From: Candidatus Nitrosocaldus sp.
Lineage (GTDB): Archaea > Thermoproteota > Nitrososphaeria > Nitrososphaerales > Nitrosocaldaceae
NCBI GenBank assembly: GCA_025054855.1
Contig: JANWZS010000004.1
Location: 22,966 to 54,965 of the forward strand
DNA: 32,000 nt
Direction of reading: 5' to 3'
The notes under the pieces were generated by a model. That model saw nothing but the letters and a program-made list of their open reading frames with translations, did not search any database and was not told the origin of the DNA. A program made the translations under genes and the position numbers. This document shows, one piece after another, positions 9,253 through 17,527 of this stretch. Every line of letters starts with the position of its first letter. Within the stretch, counting starts at the first letter, position 1.

Positions 9253-9531
9253 ATGGGTAGGCTGATCACCAGGGTCAAGGTTATGCCTGCAGATGTAGAT
9301 GTGAACCTCGATGCCTTGGTAGATAGGGTTAGGGGTGTTGTGCCAGATGGCGTGCAGATCAAGAGGTACAGCAAGGAGCCCATAGCATTCGGTATAAGCG
9401 CACTCATGCTTGACATGGTTATGGATGAGGATACGGCAAGTACGGACTCTCTGGAGGAGAGGCTGAGGGGTGTGGATGGTGTTGGTGAGGTTGAGGTAGT
9501 TAGCATGAGCAGAGAGTCTGCTAGGCTATGA
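9253..9531 (+). CDS. ef1b: Translation elongation factor aEF-1 beta
   Basis: MGRLITRVKVMPADVDVNLDAL...EPIAFGISALMLDMVMDE...VGEVEVVSMSR matches the archaeal EF-1beta pattern. The track start at 9241 is a GTG; the ATG at 9253 is preferred. Confidence 0.85.
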   Translation: MGRLITRVKVMPADVDVNLDALVDRVRGVVPDGVQIKRYSKEPIAFGISALMLDMVMDEDTASTDSLEERLRGVDGVGEVEVVSMSRESARL

Positions 9532-11693
9532 AGCACGTACTCGAACCTATACAGTTGAGGGTGGCAGAGGCCAAGGCCAGGGATGTGGGCAAGAGGAGGG
9601 CTAGGGTCAGTAGTAACGTGCTCGAGATGCTCCAGGCCTCTGCTGGTGATGTGGTCGAGCTTGTAGGGAAGAGGAGTACAGTAGCCATAGTATGGAACGA
9701 TGAGGATATAGACGATCATACGATAAGGATAGATGGGCAGACTAGGAAGAATGCTGGTGTAGGCATAAACGATATGGTCACGGTTAGGAGGGTGGAGGCC
9801 AAGGCAGCAAGGAGCATAACCCTGGTGCCTCTGAGCCTCAAGATGAGCATAGACAGGGAGTTCTCCGAGTTCGTGAAGAGCAGGTTGAGGTGTGTGCCTG
9901 TAGTCGAGGGTGATGAGATCTCCGTGATCATACTTGGGAGTGCCATGGACTTTAGGGTGCAGAAGGTCACACCCAAGGGGATAGTGAGGATAGAGCACTC
10001 TACTAGGCTCAGCATACTATCCAGTGCTACGGTAGAGAAGAAGCCCAGGGTCACGTACGAGGATATAGGAGGGTTGAGGGCGCAGATAGAGAGGCTGAGG
10101 GAGATAGTGGAACTGCCACTGAAGCACCCAGAGGTGTTCCAGCGCTTAGGCATAGAACCACCTAAGGGGATCCTCCTCTATGGCCCTCCAGGGTGTGGCA
10201 AGACGCTCATAGCAAAGGCACTGGCGAGTGAGGCTGAGGCTAACTTCTACTCCATAAACGGGCCAGAGATCATGAACAAGTACTACGGTGAGACCGAGGC
10301 TAGGCTCAGGGAGATATTCAAGGAGGCAAAAGAGAATGCTCCAGGCATAATATTCATAGATGAGATAGATGCCATAGCACCCAAGAGGGAGGAGGTATTC
10401 GGGGATGTGGAGAAGAGGGTTGTGGCACAGCTACTGGCGCTGATGGATGGGCTGGCGGATAGAGGCAATGTTATAGTCATAGGCGCAACCAACAGGCCTG
10501 AGAGCGTGGATCCAGCGCTCAGGAGGCCAGGCAGGTTCGACAGGGAGATAGAGATAACCGTGCCGAATGCTGAGGGCAGGCTCGAGATACTCCAGATACA
10601 TACTAGAGGGATGCCCCTTGCAGAGAGCGTTAACCTCAAGAGGCTGGCTTCAGAGCTCCATGGGTACACTGGCGCAGATATCAAGGCACTCTGCAGGGAG
10701 GCAGCCATGAAGGCGCTCAGGCGTTATCTGCCAGAGATAGACCTAGAGGGGGAGAGCATATCCCCAGAGCTGCTGGAGAAGATGGTGGTTACGGGCAAGG
10801 ACTTCCACGATGCCATGAAGGAGATAGTGCCTACAGCGTTGAGGGAGTTCTACGTCGAGGGCCAGAAGGTCACATGGGGTGATGTTGGAGGCATGAGGGC
10901 TGCGAAGAAGTTACTCTACGAGAACATAGTCAAGGCGCTCAGGGAGCCAGAGAGGTTCGAGGAGATGGGCATAACCCCTCCCACCGGTGCGCTCCTCTAT
11001 GGCCCTCCAGGGTGCGGCAAGACACTGCTGGCACTCGCACTAGCGAATGAGAGCGGGGCGAACTCCATAAAGGTCAAGGGCCCAGAGGTGCTGAGCAAGT
11101 GGGTTGGTGAGAGCGAGAAGGCTATAAGGGATATATACAAGAAGGCCAGGGCATCATCTCCATGCGTGGTCATATTCGATGAACTGGATGCAATAGCAAG
11201 GCCTAGGGCTGGAGAGGGCTCTGAGGTGAACGATAGGGTGCTCAGCCAGCTGCTGACTGAGATGGATAATGTGGTGCATGGTGTGATAACCATAGGCATA
11301 ACCAACAGGCCAGACCTCATAGACCCCTCGCTGCTGAGACCTGGGAGGCTGGATATGATAGTGTATGTGCAGCCCCCAAGCAGGGATGAGAGGCTTGAGA
11401 TACTCCAGATACTCACCAGGAGGATGCCCATACAGGGAGATGGGGTGAACCTCGAGGAGATGGCTGAGAGGACCAATGGCTACACTGGTGCCGATCTCAA
11501 CGCACTATGCAGGGAGGCTGCGATAAATGCGATGATGAGTGGGAGGAGGAGCATAGATGGTAGGGACTTTGAGCATGCATTGAAGCAGGTCAGACCATCC
11601 ATAACGCCTCAGATAGAGGGCTGGTACAACAGCATAAGCAAGAGCGTAACCTACGCAATGCCAAAACCAATAGATAAGGTATTCTATGGGTAG
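9528..11693 (+). CDS. cdc48: CDC48/VCP-like AAA+ ATPase (two AAA domains plus CDC48 N-domain)
   Basis: It has two Walker A motifs (GPPGCGKT, twice), two Walker B motifs (IIFIDEIDA and VVIFDELDA) and two SRH regions. The N-terminal double-psi barrel-like segment is LRVAEAKARDVGKRRARV. The start overlaps the ef1b stop (ATGA). Confidence 0.95.
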   Translation: MKHVLEPIQLRVAEAKARDVGKRRARVSSNVLEMLQASAGDVVELVGKRSTVAIVWNDEDIDDHTIRIDGQTRKNAGVGINDMVTVRRVEAKAARSITLVPLSLKMSIDREFSEFVKSRLRCVPVVEGDEISVIILGSAMDFRVQKVTPKGIVRIEHSTRLSILSSATVEKKPRVTYEDIGGLRAQIERLREIVELPLKHPEVFQRLGIEPPKGILLYGPPGCGKTLIAKALASEAEANFYSINGPEIMNKYYGETEARLREIFKEAKENAPGIIFIDEIDAIAPKREEVFGDVEKRVVAQLLALMDGLADRGNVIVIGATNRPESVDPALRRPGRFDREIEITVPNAEGRLEILQIHTRGMPLAESVNLKRLASELHGYTGADIKALCREAAMKALRRYLPEIDLEGESISPELLEKMVVTGKDFHDAMKEIVPTALREFYVEGQKVTWGDVGGMRAAKKLLYENIVKALREPERFEEMGITPPTGALLYGPPGCGKTLLALALANESGANSIKVKGPEVLSKWVGESEKAIRDIYKKARASSPCVVIFDELDAIARPRAGEGSEVNDRVLSQLLTEMDNVVHGVITIGITNRPDLIDPSLLRPGRLDMIVYVQPPSRDERLEILQILTRRMPIQGDGVNLEEMAERTNGYTGADLNALCREAAINAMMSGRRSIDGRDFEHALKQVRPSITPQIEGWYNSISKSVTYAMPKPIDKVFYG

Positions 11694-11735
11694 TAGGTAG
11701 GTAGGTAAGCAGATGATGATGGTGAGGAGCAAGGT

Positions 11736-12059
11736 ATGATGACCCCGCTGCGAAACATAATATATGAGAAGGTAAGGAACGCAGGGAGCATAACCGATGT
11801 AGAACTCATCAATACCCTCACAAAGGAGGGGCTGGACTTTACGAGGGCTGAACTCAACAAGGTACTGCTCGACCTGGAGATACTGGGGCTCGTGCGAATC
11901 GGATGGGTAAGCAAGGATAAGAGGAGGATAGAGGTCAGGGATGTGGGAGAGAGGGAGGCTAGGAGGAGAGGAGGGGGGGATGAGGAGGAGGGAGAGGGAG
12001 TGGCCGTGGATGAGAGGAGGGAGGGGGCTGGTTATGGCGATGAGGAAGGAGAGCCATAA
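11736..12059 (+). CDS. Small winged-helix-like protein with an acidic/Gly-rich C-terminal tail
   Basis: The N-terminal ~70 aa has a wHTH-like pattern (ITDVELINTLTKEGLDFTRAELNKVLLDLEILGLVRI). The tail is RRRGGGDEEEGEGVAVDERREGAGYGDEEGEP. No family was recognised. Confidence 0.5.
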   Translation: MMTPLRNIIYEKVRNAGSITDVELINTLTKEGLDFTRAELNKVLLDLEILGLVRIGWVSKDKRRIEVRDVGEREARRRGGGDEEEGEGVAVDERREGAGYGDEEGEP

Positions 12060-12117
12060 TAAGCAGTATGCAGGTGCTACATATTATGCCATGTGCATGG
12101 TAGCAGGGGATGGGTAA

Positions 12118-12135
12118 ATACATACATACATACAT
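12118..12135. repeat. (ATAC)4.5 microsatellite, part of a 21-nt alternating purine-pyrimidine run (12118..12138)
   Basis: Read directly as ATACATACATACATACAT followed by GCA. It lies in a convergent intergenic spacer. Confidence 0.9.
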
Positions 12136-12149
12136 GCAGTTATCAGCAA

Positions 12150-13058
12150 TCATACAGTTATCAGGAGCGGTAATGGGTAGTGGTATATGGAGTCGAGCAT
12201 CAGTGCTATGAACACTATAGCAAGGTACGGGCTTGAGAGCTTGTAAGTGCGCCATGCAACCTCCTTGGTCGTGTTCCTGACGAGCATGAGGTTGTAGTAT
12301 AGGAGCATGACTCCAGCAGCGATAGATGCTATAAGGTACACCACTCCTAGACCTAGGAACGCTATGGCGATGGAGTATGGCAGGAGCACTATGGTATTCA
12401 CGAGTATGTACATGGCAGCCTTCTTATCACCAACGAGTACAGGGAGCATGGGCACTCTAGCGTTTGCATACTCCTCCCTGCCGACTATGGAGAGGCACCA
12501 GAAGTGAGTCGGCGTCCAGAGGAAGACTATCAGCCCTACGAGGAAGCCCAGAGGGTCTAGGCTGCCTGTTGCTGTAGCCCACCCAGCATATGATGCGCAG
12601 CTACCAGCGAACCCCCCTATCACTATGTTGGATGTATGCCTCCTCTTGAGCCACATCGTGTATATGACCACGTAGAAGAGTATGCCCAGAGCTATGAACG
12701 ATGCTGCCACGGGGTTTAGTGTGAAGACTGCTATAACCACTGAGGCTATGCTCATACCCAGACCGTAGGCTAGCGCACTCCTAGCCCTCATCACGCCAGA
12801 TGGTATTGGCCTCTTGCTTGTCCTACTCATGAGGAGATCTATATCCTTATCGTAGTAGTGGTTGAGCGCACTCGCTCCCATGGATGCCATGCTCCCAGCG
12901 AGGAGCAGGAACGCTACATCCCATGCACTCGCATTCCACCTGCTCGCTGCAAGGAGTGATGTTATGGCCACAAGATCAAGTACCGCAACTATCCTCAACT
13001 TCGATATCGCTAGGTACCCCCTTAACCCCAACCTGTCTAGCATTCGAGGCCCCAGCAT
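12150..13058 (-). CDS. ctaB: Protoheme IX farnesyltransferase (heme O synthase)
   Basis: A UbiA-family polytopic protein. It has NHYYDKDIDLLMSRTSKRPIPSG and a second Asp-rich region, which is the typical CtaB/CyoE pattern. Confidence 0.9.
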   Translation of the reverse strand: MLGPRMLDRLGLRGYLAISKLRIVAVLDLVAITSLLAASRWNASAWDVAFLLLAGSMASMGASALNHYYDKDIDLLMSRTSKRPIPSGVMRARSALAYGLGMSIASVVIAVFTLNPVAASFIALGILFYVVIYTMWLKRRHTSNIVIGGFAGSCASYAGWATATGSLDPLGFLVGLIVFLWTPTHFWCLSIVGREEYANARVPMLPVLVGDKKAAMYILVNTIVLLPYSIAIAFLGLGVVYLIASIAAGVMLLYYNLMLVRNTTKEVAWRTYKLSSPYLAIVFIALMLDSIYHYPLPLLITV

Positions 13059-13119
13059 TTAATCGTTAAGTGTATTATATACACCATCCACATTCATCTA
13101 TAAAGATTTTTTATCTCGT

Positions 13120-14151
13120 GTGGAGTATAATAGGGAGGTGCCGAGGAGCTACTCCTTTGAGGAGGTCAAGCAGAGGATAATAGATGCACTGAGGCAGTCC
13201 GAGTCTGGACTCTCTGGTATAGAGATCGCAGAGAAGACAGGTATAAACAGGGTTACCGTGACCAAGTACCTGAACATACTAGAGACCATGGGCATAATAC
13301 GGAGGAGGAGCATGGGCCCTGTGAATATATGGTACATACAGCATGGCGTAGACCTGAGCAGCAAGGACCTTCTGGAGTTACAGCAGGCATACATGGATGT
13401 GCTCTTCGCATACGACGAGGATAGGGCTAGAACACTCCTGCTCAATGCCATACACTCCAACATAGACCCCATGCTTCTGATCAGCGACGTTGTGATACCA
13501 ACGGTCAACACCGCTGGGGAGCTGTATGCTAGGGGGAGGATGGGTGCCATGGATATCATGCTCGTGACCAATCTGGCGATAGAGTCACTGGAGCTGATAA
13601 AGTTCAACGCCGAGAGGGGAGAGATCAAGAGGGATGCACATGCTGTATTCATAAGCATGCATGAGGATGGTAGGGATGTGATCGATATGAAGGCTGCATC
13701 CATAGCATTCTACATAAAGGGCTGGAATACGTTCCCATTGGGTAACGTAGCACAGCAGACAGGGATATTCTTCGATATAGACATCGTTAGGTTCATCAAC
13801 AGGATATGGAGGGATAGGGGGAGGAGGGGTATGGTGGTACTCTACATCTCCCCTGCAAGGGGCGAGATTGCAACGCTGAATGAGCTGATAAGGTCTGTCA
13901 AGGAGAAGCTTGAGAGGAGCATGCTTGTGATAGCTGGGGGTAAGGCACTGGATAGGCCTGAGGGTAGGGAGAAGGATGGAGATACAGATAAGGGTATGGA
14001 GAAGGAGGTGACGAAGGAGAAGGAGAGGCATGGGGGCAGAGGCGGGGACTTGAAGGATGCAGGGTATGCACCATACATAGACTACTATGCAGCAGATGTG
14101 GTGAAGGCAGTGGAGTGGGCTGAGAGGATGTACAGGAGCCTGAGGCTCTGA
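13120..14151 (+). CDS. Putative transcriptional regulator: N-terminal wHTH plus B12-binding-like (cap helices plus Rossmann) domain
   Basis: The wHTH segment is GLSGIEIAEKTGINRVTVTKYLNILETMGIIRRR. It is followed by a helical segment resembling the B12-binding_2 cap (DPMLLISDVVIPTVNTAGELYARG). Then comes AVFISMHEDGRDVIDMKAASIAFYIKGW, resembling the DxHxxG cobalamin loop, with His181 and Gly184 kept and Asp replaced by Ser. It starts at a GTG. Confidence 0.6.
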   Translation: MEYNREVPRSYSFEEVKQRIIDALRQSESGLSGIEIAEKTGINRVTVTKYLNILETMGIIRRRSMGPVNIWYIQHGVDLSSKDLLELQQAYMDVLFAYDEDRARTLLLNAIHSNIDPMLLISDVVIPTVNTAGELYARGRMGAMDIMLVTNLAIESLELIKFNAERGEIKRDAHAVFISMHEDGRDVIDMKAASIAFYIKGWNTFPLGNVAQQTGIFFDIDIVRFINRIWRDRGRRGMVVLYISPARGEIATLNELIRSVKEKLERSMLVIAGGKALDRPEGREKDGDTDKGMEKEVTKEKERHGGRGGDLKDAGYAPYIDYYAADVVKAVEWAERMYRSLRL

Positions 14152-14191
14152 AGACAAAATATTTAAAGAAACCCCTGCTAGATTATACTAC

Positions 14192-14683
14192 ATGCCTTAC
14201 GGCCTGTACTGTAACGGAAGGTTCGATAGATTCTTCAAGAGGTACAGGCAGGCGATCCTCTTCAACAAGAACCTGCTCATCTCTGGTACAGGGGGGTTCT
14301 TTGTGAGTGCGTACATCTCCCAGATACACCTTGAACACTACGCCGATAAACTTGCAAACTCCGTCACCGCACTGGTTGTAGAGTATGCTGTGTACATACC
14401 GCTCTTCGTCTTACTCTTCTACATGGATAATAGGAGCAGGTACACAGATCCTGCAACTGGTAAGAGGAACTACAAGGTCATCAAGGATGATGTGAAGAGG
14501 CTCTTTGCAACCTTCTCAGTTGCAGAGGTCGTATTCTCGGTAACCAGATTCGTAGGCCAGTACCAGCTACTGCAGGTTGGTATGCAGGCGTATCAGGCAT
14601 CTATGATAGGTTCTATGTTAGCTTGGGTAGCATTCTTCATAGCGATAAATGTTATGGCAAAACTGGTCAAACTGTTCAGATAG
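14192..14683 (+). CDS. Hypothetical 4-TM membrane protein (GtrA-like size and topology)
   Basis: 163 aa with four hydrophobic segments. The size and topology are reminiscent of the GtrA family, but I could not verify a diagnostic motif. Confidence 0.5.
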   Translation: MPYGLYCNGRFDRFFKRYRQAILFNKNLLISGTGGFFVSAYISQIHLEHYADKLANSVTALVVEYAVYIPLFVLLFYMDNRSRYTDPATGKRNYKVIKDDVKRLFATFSVAEVVFSVTRFVGQYQLLQVGMQAYQASMIGSMLAWVAFFIAINVMAKLVKLFR

Positions 14684-14722
14684 AATCTGCTGAAGCGCTA
14701 CTGGTTCAAACCACGAACAGAT

Positions 14723-16498
14723 CTACGTGGTACCCTCATTCTCCCTGCCAAGTGTATCCAGGATGCTCTTCTCTATCCTTCTATTGACCACTATGAAGGT
14801 ATCGAGCAGGAGGTATGCGAATACGGAGACCGCTATTATGGATGCTGGAAGCACTACCTCCATGTTACCGAATGCTAGGGAGGGTACGACGAAGGATGTC
14901 AGCATGAGCACCACTATGCTTAACACTATATTCCTTATCACCCTGTGCAGATTATCCATCCTGCGTGTAACTACTGGATACCTAGCAAGCCTCCTCTGTA
15001 TGGACTCGAATATTGTATCGGTTATCTCCCCTGCCCTACCAAACACATTGAGTAACGGATAGACTATGGCACCAACCATGAACACAAGTTTGAATATGTT
15101 GTAGGGCAGTATCTTGAGGGAGGAGAATGTGTTGTAGAGCAGTGACAGGAATCCATCGCTGAAGAGTATTATAGTTATCATCGCTATGATTATCACTATG
15201 TTTATCAGTAGCCTTGAGAACATCTTCCCTACCCTTAACGCACTATCCTTCTGCTGTATATTCTGGAGTATGCCCCTGGTGAGCCTTGCAGGTGCCTCCA
15301 GCATGCTGAACAACCTCGTGGGGATGATGCTGCTTGGATCTACTATAGTAGGTAGTATCTTTGCGAACAGGGGTATAACGAATATGCTTGCTAGGGAGAT
15401 GAGCATGGTCACTGGCATGATGGATTCCCTGGTTGCATTCAGGTCTATCCCCTGCTTCGCCATGACGAACGATAACTCGCCTCTAGGCATCATCATTATC
15501 CCAACCGTAGACGCACCATCCCTACCATACCCAGCTACACTAGCAGCTATGAAGTTACCTACGAACTTGCTCAGTATTGCAGCAATGACCAGTGGTATAG
15601 CCATGACCAGATTATCTAGTATAGCAGCGACGCTTATCAGCATACCTATTGAGATGAAGAATACGGTACCGAAGAGGTCCCTGAGTGGGATGACCTTCTC
15701 GGTTATTATGCCTGCTCTAGGGGATGATGCTATCATCATGCCCATGAGGAACGCACCTATGGCCATGCTCAACCCCAGGTAGTTGGCGAGTAGAGCCAGA
15801 CCGAAGCCCATGACTATCGCAAGGAGCAGTGGGGCCTCATCCAGATCTAGTCTGGATACGTACTCTATTAGCCTGGGTACCGCCTTCAGTCCTATTATGA
15901 GAGTAACTATGAAGAATGTTATGCTCTGCCCTATTATGAGCCCTATACTGAATACATCCGCTGTACCGCTCTTCACTATGCCTGGGAGTATCACAAGCAG
16001 TATTATCGAGAAGATATCCTCCACTATACTTACCACTATGATGAACTCCCCCTCCTTGGTGTGGAGTATACCAGCATCCTTGAGTAGCTTGAGTACTATG
16101 GCAGTGCTCGTGATGCTTATTATCCCCCCAAGGTATATCGCCTCTATATTGTTGAAGCCTATGGCAATGGCAACCATGAAGCCTAGAAAGAATGCCACGC
16201 CTATCTCCACAACCGCACCTATGAGCGCTACACCCCCTACCCTCCTGAACCTGTTCACATTCAACTCAAGCCCGACCACGAAGACCAGGAGTATAACGCC
16301 TATATCTGCAAGTAGCGTAACTATCTGCACATCCGTAACTATCTTGAACCCATAAGGCCCTATGGCCATACCGACGAGTATGAAGCCTATGACTGGTGGT
16401 AGCCTGGCCTTCCTGGCAGATAGGCTACCGAGGATGGCAGAGCCTAGTAGGATGGTGAGCAGGAGCATGAACTCCACTGAGGATATAACATCAACCAT
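14723..16498 (-). CDS. Cation:proton antiporter (CPA2/Kef-type Na+/H+ exchanger family) with an extra C-terminal membrane domain
   Basis: 591 aa. The N-terminal ~390 aa show the typical 12-13 TM Na_H_exchanger pattern (LLLTILLGSAILG...LPPVIGFILVGMAIGP). The C-terminal ~200 aa has more TM helices in place of a KTN/TrkA domain. Confidence 0.85.
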   Translation of the reverse strand: MVDVISSVEFMLLLTILLGSAILGSLSARKARLPPVIGFILVGMAIGPYGFKIVTDVQIVTLLADIGVILLVFVVGLELNVNRFRRVGGVALIGAVVEIGVAFFLGFMVAIAIGFNNIEAIYLGGIISITSTAIVLKLLKDAGILHTKEGEFIIVVSIVEDIFSIILLVILPGIVKSGTADVFSIGLIIGQSITFFIVTLIIGLKAVPRLIEYVSRLDLDEAPLLLAIVMGFGLALLANYLGLSMAIGAFLMGMMIASSPRAGIITEKVIPLRDLFGTVFFISIGMLISVAAILDNLVMAIPLVIAAILSKFVGNFIAASVAGYGRDGASTVGIMMMPRGELSFVMAKQGIDLNATRESIMPVTMLISLASIFVIPLFAKILPTIVDPSSIIPTRLFSMLEAPARLTRGILQNIQQKDSALRVGKMFSRLLINIVIIIAMITIILFSDGFLSLLYNTFSSLKILPYNIFKLVFMVGAIVYPLLNVFGRAGEITDTIFESIQRRLARYPVVTRRMDNLHRVIRNIVLSIVVLMLTSFVVPSLAFGNMEVVLPASIIAVSVFAYLLLDTFIVVNRRIEKSILDTLGRENEGTT

Positions 16499-16539
16499 AT
16501 AATTAATAAGAAGCAGAGGATATAAAAGTTAGGTAACTG

Positions 16540-17328
16540 ATGAATAGGTTTAATCATCTATATATTTACATGTTATCTGGCAAGGTTAACCATAATTCAA
16601 TACTTGCTTATATCACTGATGTTATAGATTGCAGTGTGGAGTGCAGAGGCGCAGATGCTCTCTACTCAGGGTTCAGCATGCGAGAGATAGCATGGATGCA
16701 TGCCATGTGTAGAGTTAGGGATGTATTCAAAGCAACATCGAATGAAGCACATGCAGAGGAGGGTGATGTAGAGCATGAACTGTCCATACTCAGGGGTTAT
16801 GCCAATGACCAGAGCAGCATATACGATGGGTTCATGCTACAGAGCATGTACTCCAGCATGATCGATCCTGAAGAGAGTTCACTCGAGCATGTGCATGTGA
16901 TCCTGACGGATAGGTTGATAGCAACGTACAGGGAAGAGGATATGAGGTACCATCTCAACACCGTCGTACTTGGGTATCCGAGTATAGTGAGTATCAGCGG
17001 GATCGTTGAGGCACCAGCAAAGCCCAGGGCATTCTATACACTCTACTACTATTACATATCACAGGGTATAACCGTTAACATGGATGAACTGAAGCATCTA
17101 TTCAGGGATGCGATGCTTGATCATGACGATCCAAGGCTTACAGATGCCGTGAAAGGGTACATTATGCATGCTGTATTCTACAGCATGCTCAACGACTCCC
17201 CATTCTGTGATGAGAAGGGATGCATGCTATACAACTCACACTGGCAGGATGAGGTCATACAGGCTCAGGTGAGTGGTGGTATGTGTGAGAGGCACAGGGC
17301 AGTGCTGAAGGAGTTCAATGGAAAGTAA
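16540..17328 (+). CDS. Archaemetzincin (peptidase M54)-like protein with a degenerate catalytic motif
   Basis: ILTDRLIATYREEDMRYHLNTVVLGYPSIVSISG resembles the AmzA core (T..DL....fG.a....aviS). The C-terminal FCDEKGCMLYNSHWQDE...GGMCERH resembles the AmzA Cys4 zinc module, here as C-x4-C...C-x2-H. HExxHxxG is replaced by MHAVFYSM. Confidence 0.55.
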   Translation: MNRFNHLYIYMLSGKVNHNSILAYITDVIDCSVECRGADALYSGFSMREIAWMHAMCRVRDVFKATSNEAHAEEGDVEHELSILRGYANDQSSIYDGFMLQSMYSSMIDPEESSLEHVHVILTDRLIATYREEDMRYHLNTVVLGYPSIVSISGIVEAPAKPRAFYTLYYYYISQGITVNMDELKHLFRDAMLDHDDPRLTDAVKGYIMHAVFYSMLNDSPFCDEKGCMLYNSHWQDEVIQAQVSGGMCERHRAVLKEFNGK

Positions 17329-17351
17329 GTAAGAAGTAGCAGTTGCATGCA

Positions 17352-17385
17352 ACATACATACATACATACATGCATACATACATAC
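17352..17385. repeat. (ACAT)5-GCAT-(ACAT)2-AC: a 34-nt perfectly alternating purine-pyrimidine tract
   Basis: Read directly from the sequence. The single interruption (GCAT) preserves the R-Y alternation. The tract lies in a convergent intergenic spacer. Confidence 0.95.
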
Positions 17386-17488
17386 CCTTATACCCTCCCT
17401 CCATCATCCCCACATATATCCATCGTCTACCCACCAACGACCTATCCTCGTATATCATCATCGCCCTCCATCGTTATCCACTGTTCTT

Positions 17489-17527
17489 CCCTCATCCCTC
17501 CCTCACCCCCTACCTATCCCCTAACCC
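17489..17527 (-). other. G-quadruplex motif on the minus (PAC2 sense) strand, i-motif pattern on the plus strand
   Basis: The plus strand has six C-runs of 3-5 nt separated by loops of 4, 1, 3, 7 and 3 nt (CCCtcatCCCtCCCtcaCCCCCtacctatCCCCtaaCCC). The motif straddles the PAC2 stop codon (17521-17523). Confidence 0.6.

Noticed and set aside
9150-9998. A 282-aa minus-strand ORF spanning the Zn-ribbon, ef1b and the start of cdc48.
   Set aside because: It crosses three well-supported plus-strand genes and two intergenic gaps, and its composition is His/Pro/Leu/Thr/Ser-rich. It is a shadow ORF.
13149-14157. Minus-strand ORFs of 184, 190 and 78 aa opposite the wHTH/B12-like gene.
   Set aside because: They are mutually overlapping low-complexity frames. 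The plus-strand frame has a coherent domain architecture.
14160-14720. A slightly lower-GC segment around the 163-aa membrane protein, considered as a possible horizontally acquired islet.
   Set aside because: The codon usage (AGG Arg, ATA Ile) is the same as in the neighbouring genes, and there are no flanking repeats, tRNA or integrase. The difference is within what is normal for membrane-protein genes and AT-rich spacers.
15186-16355. Two plus-strand ORFs (198 and 190 aa) inside the antiporter gene.
   Set aside because: They are antisense to a continuous 591-aa CPA2-type transporter, and their Ser/Thr/Met/Ile-rich sequences have no family resemblance.
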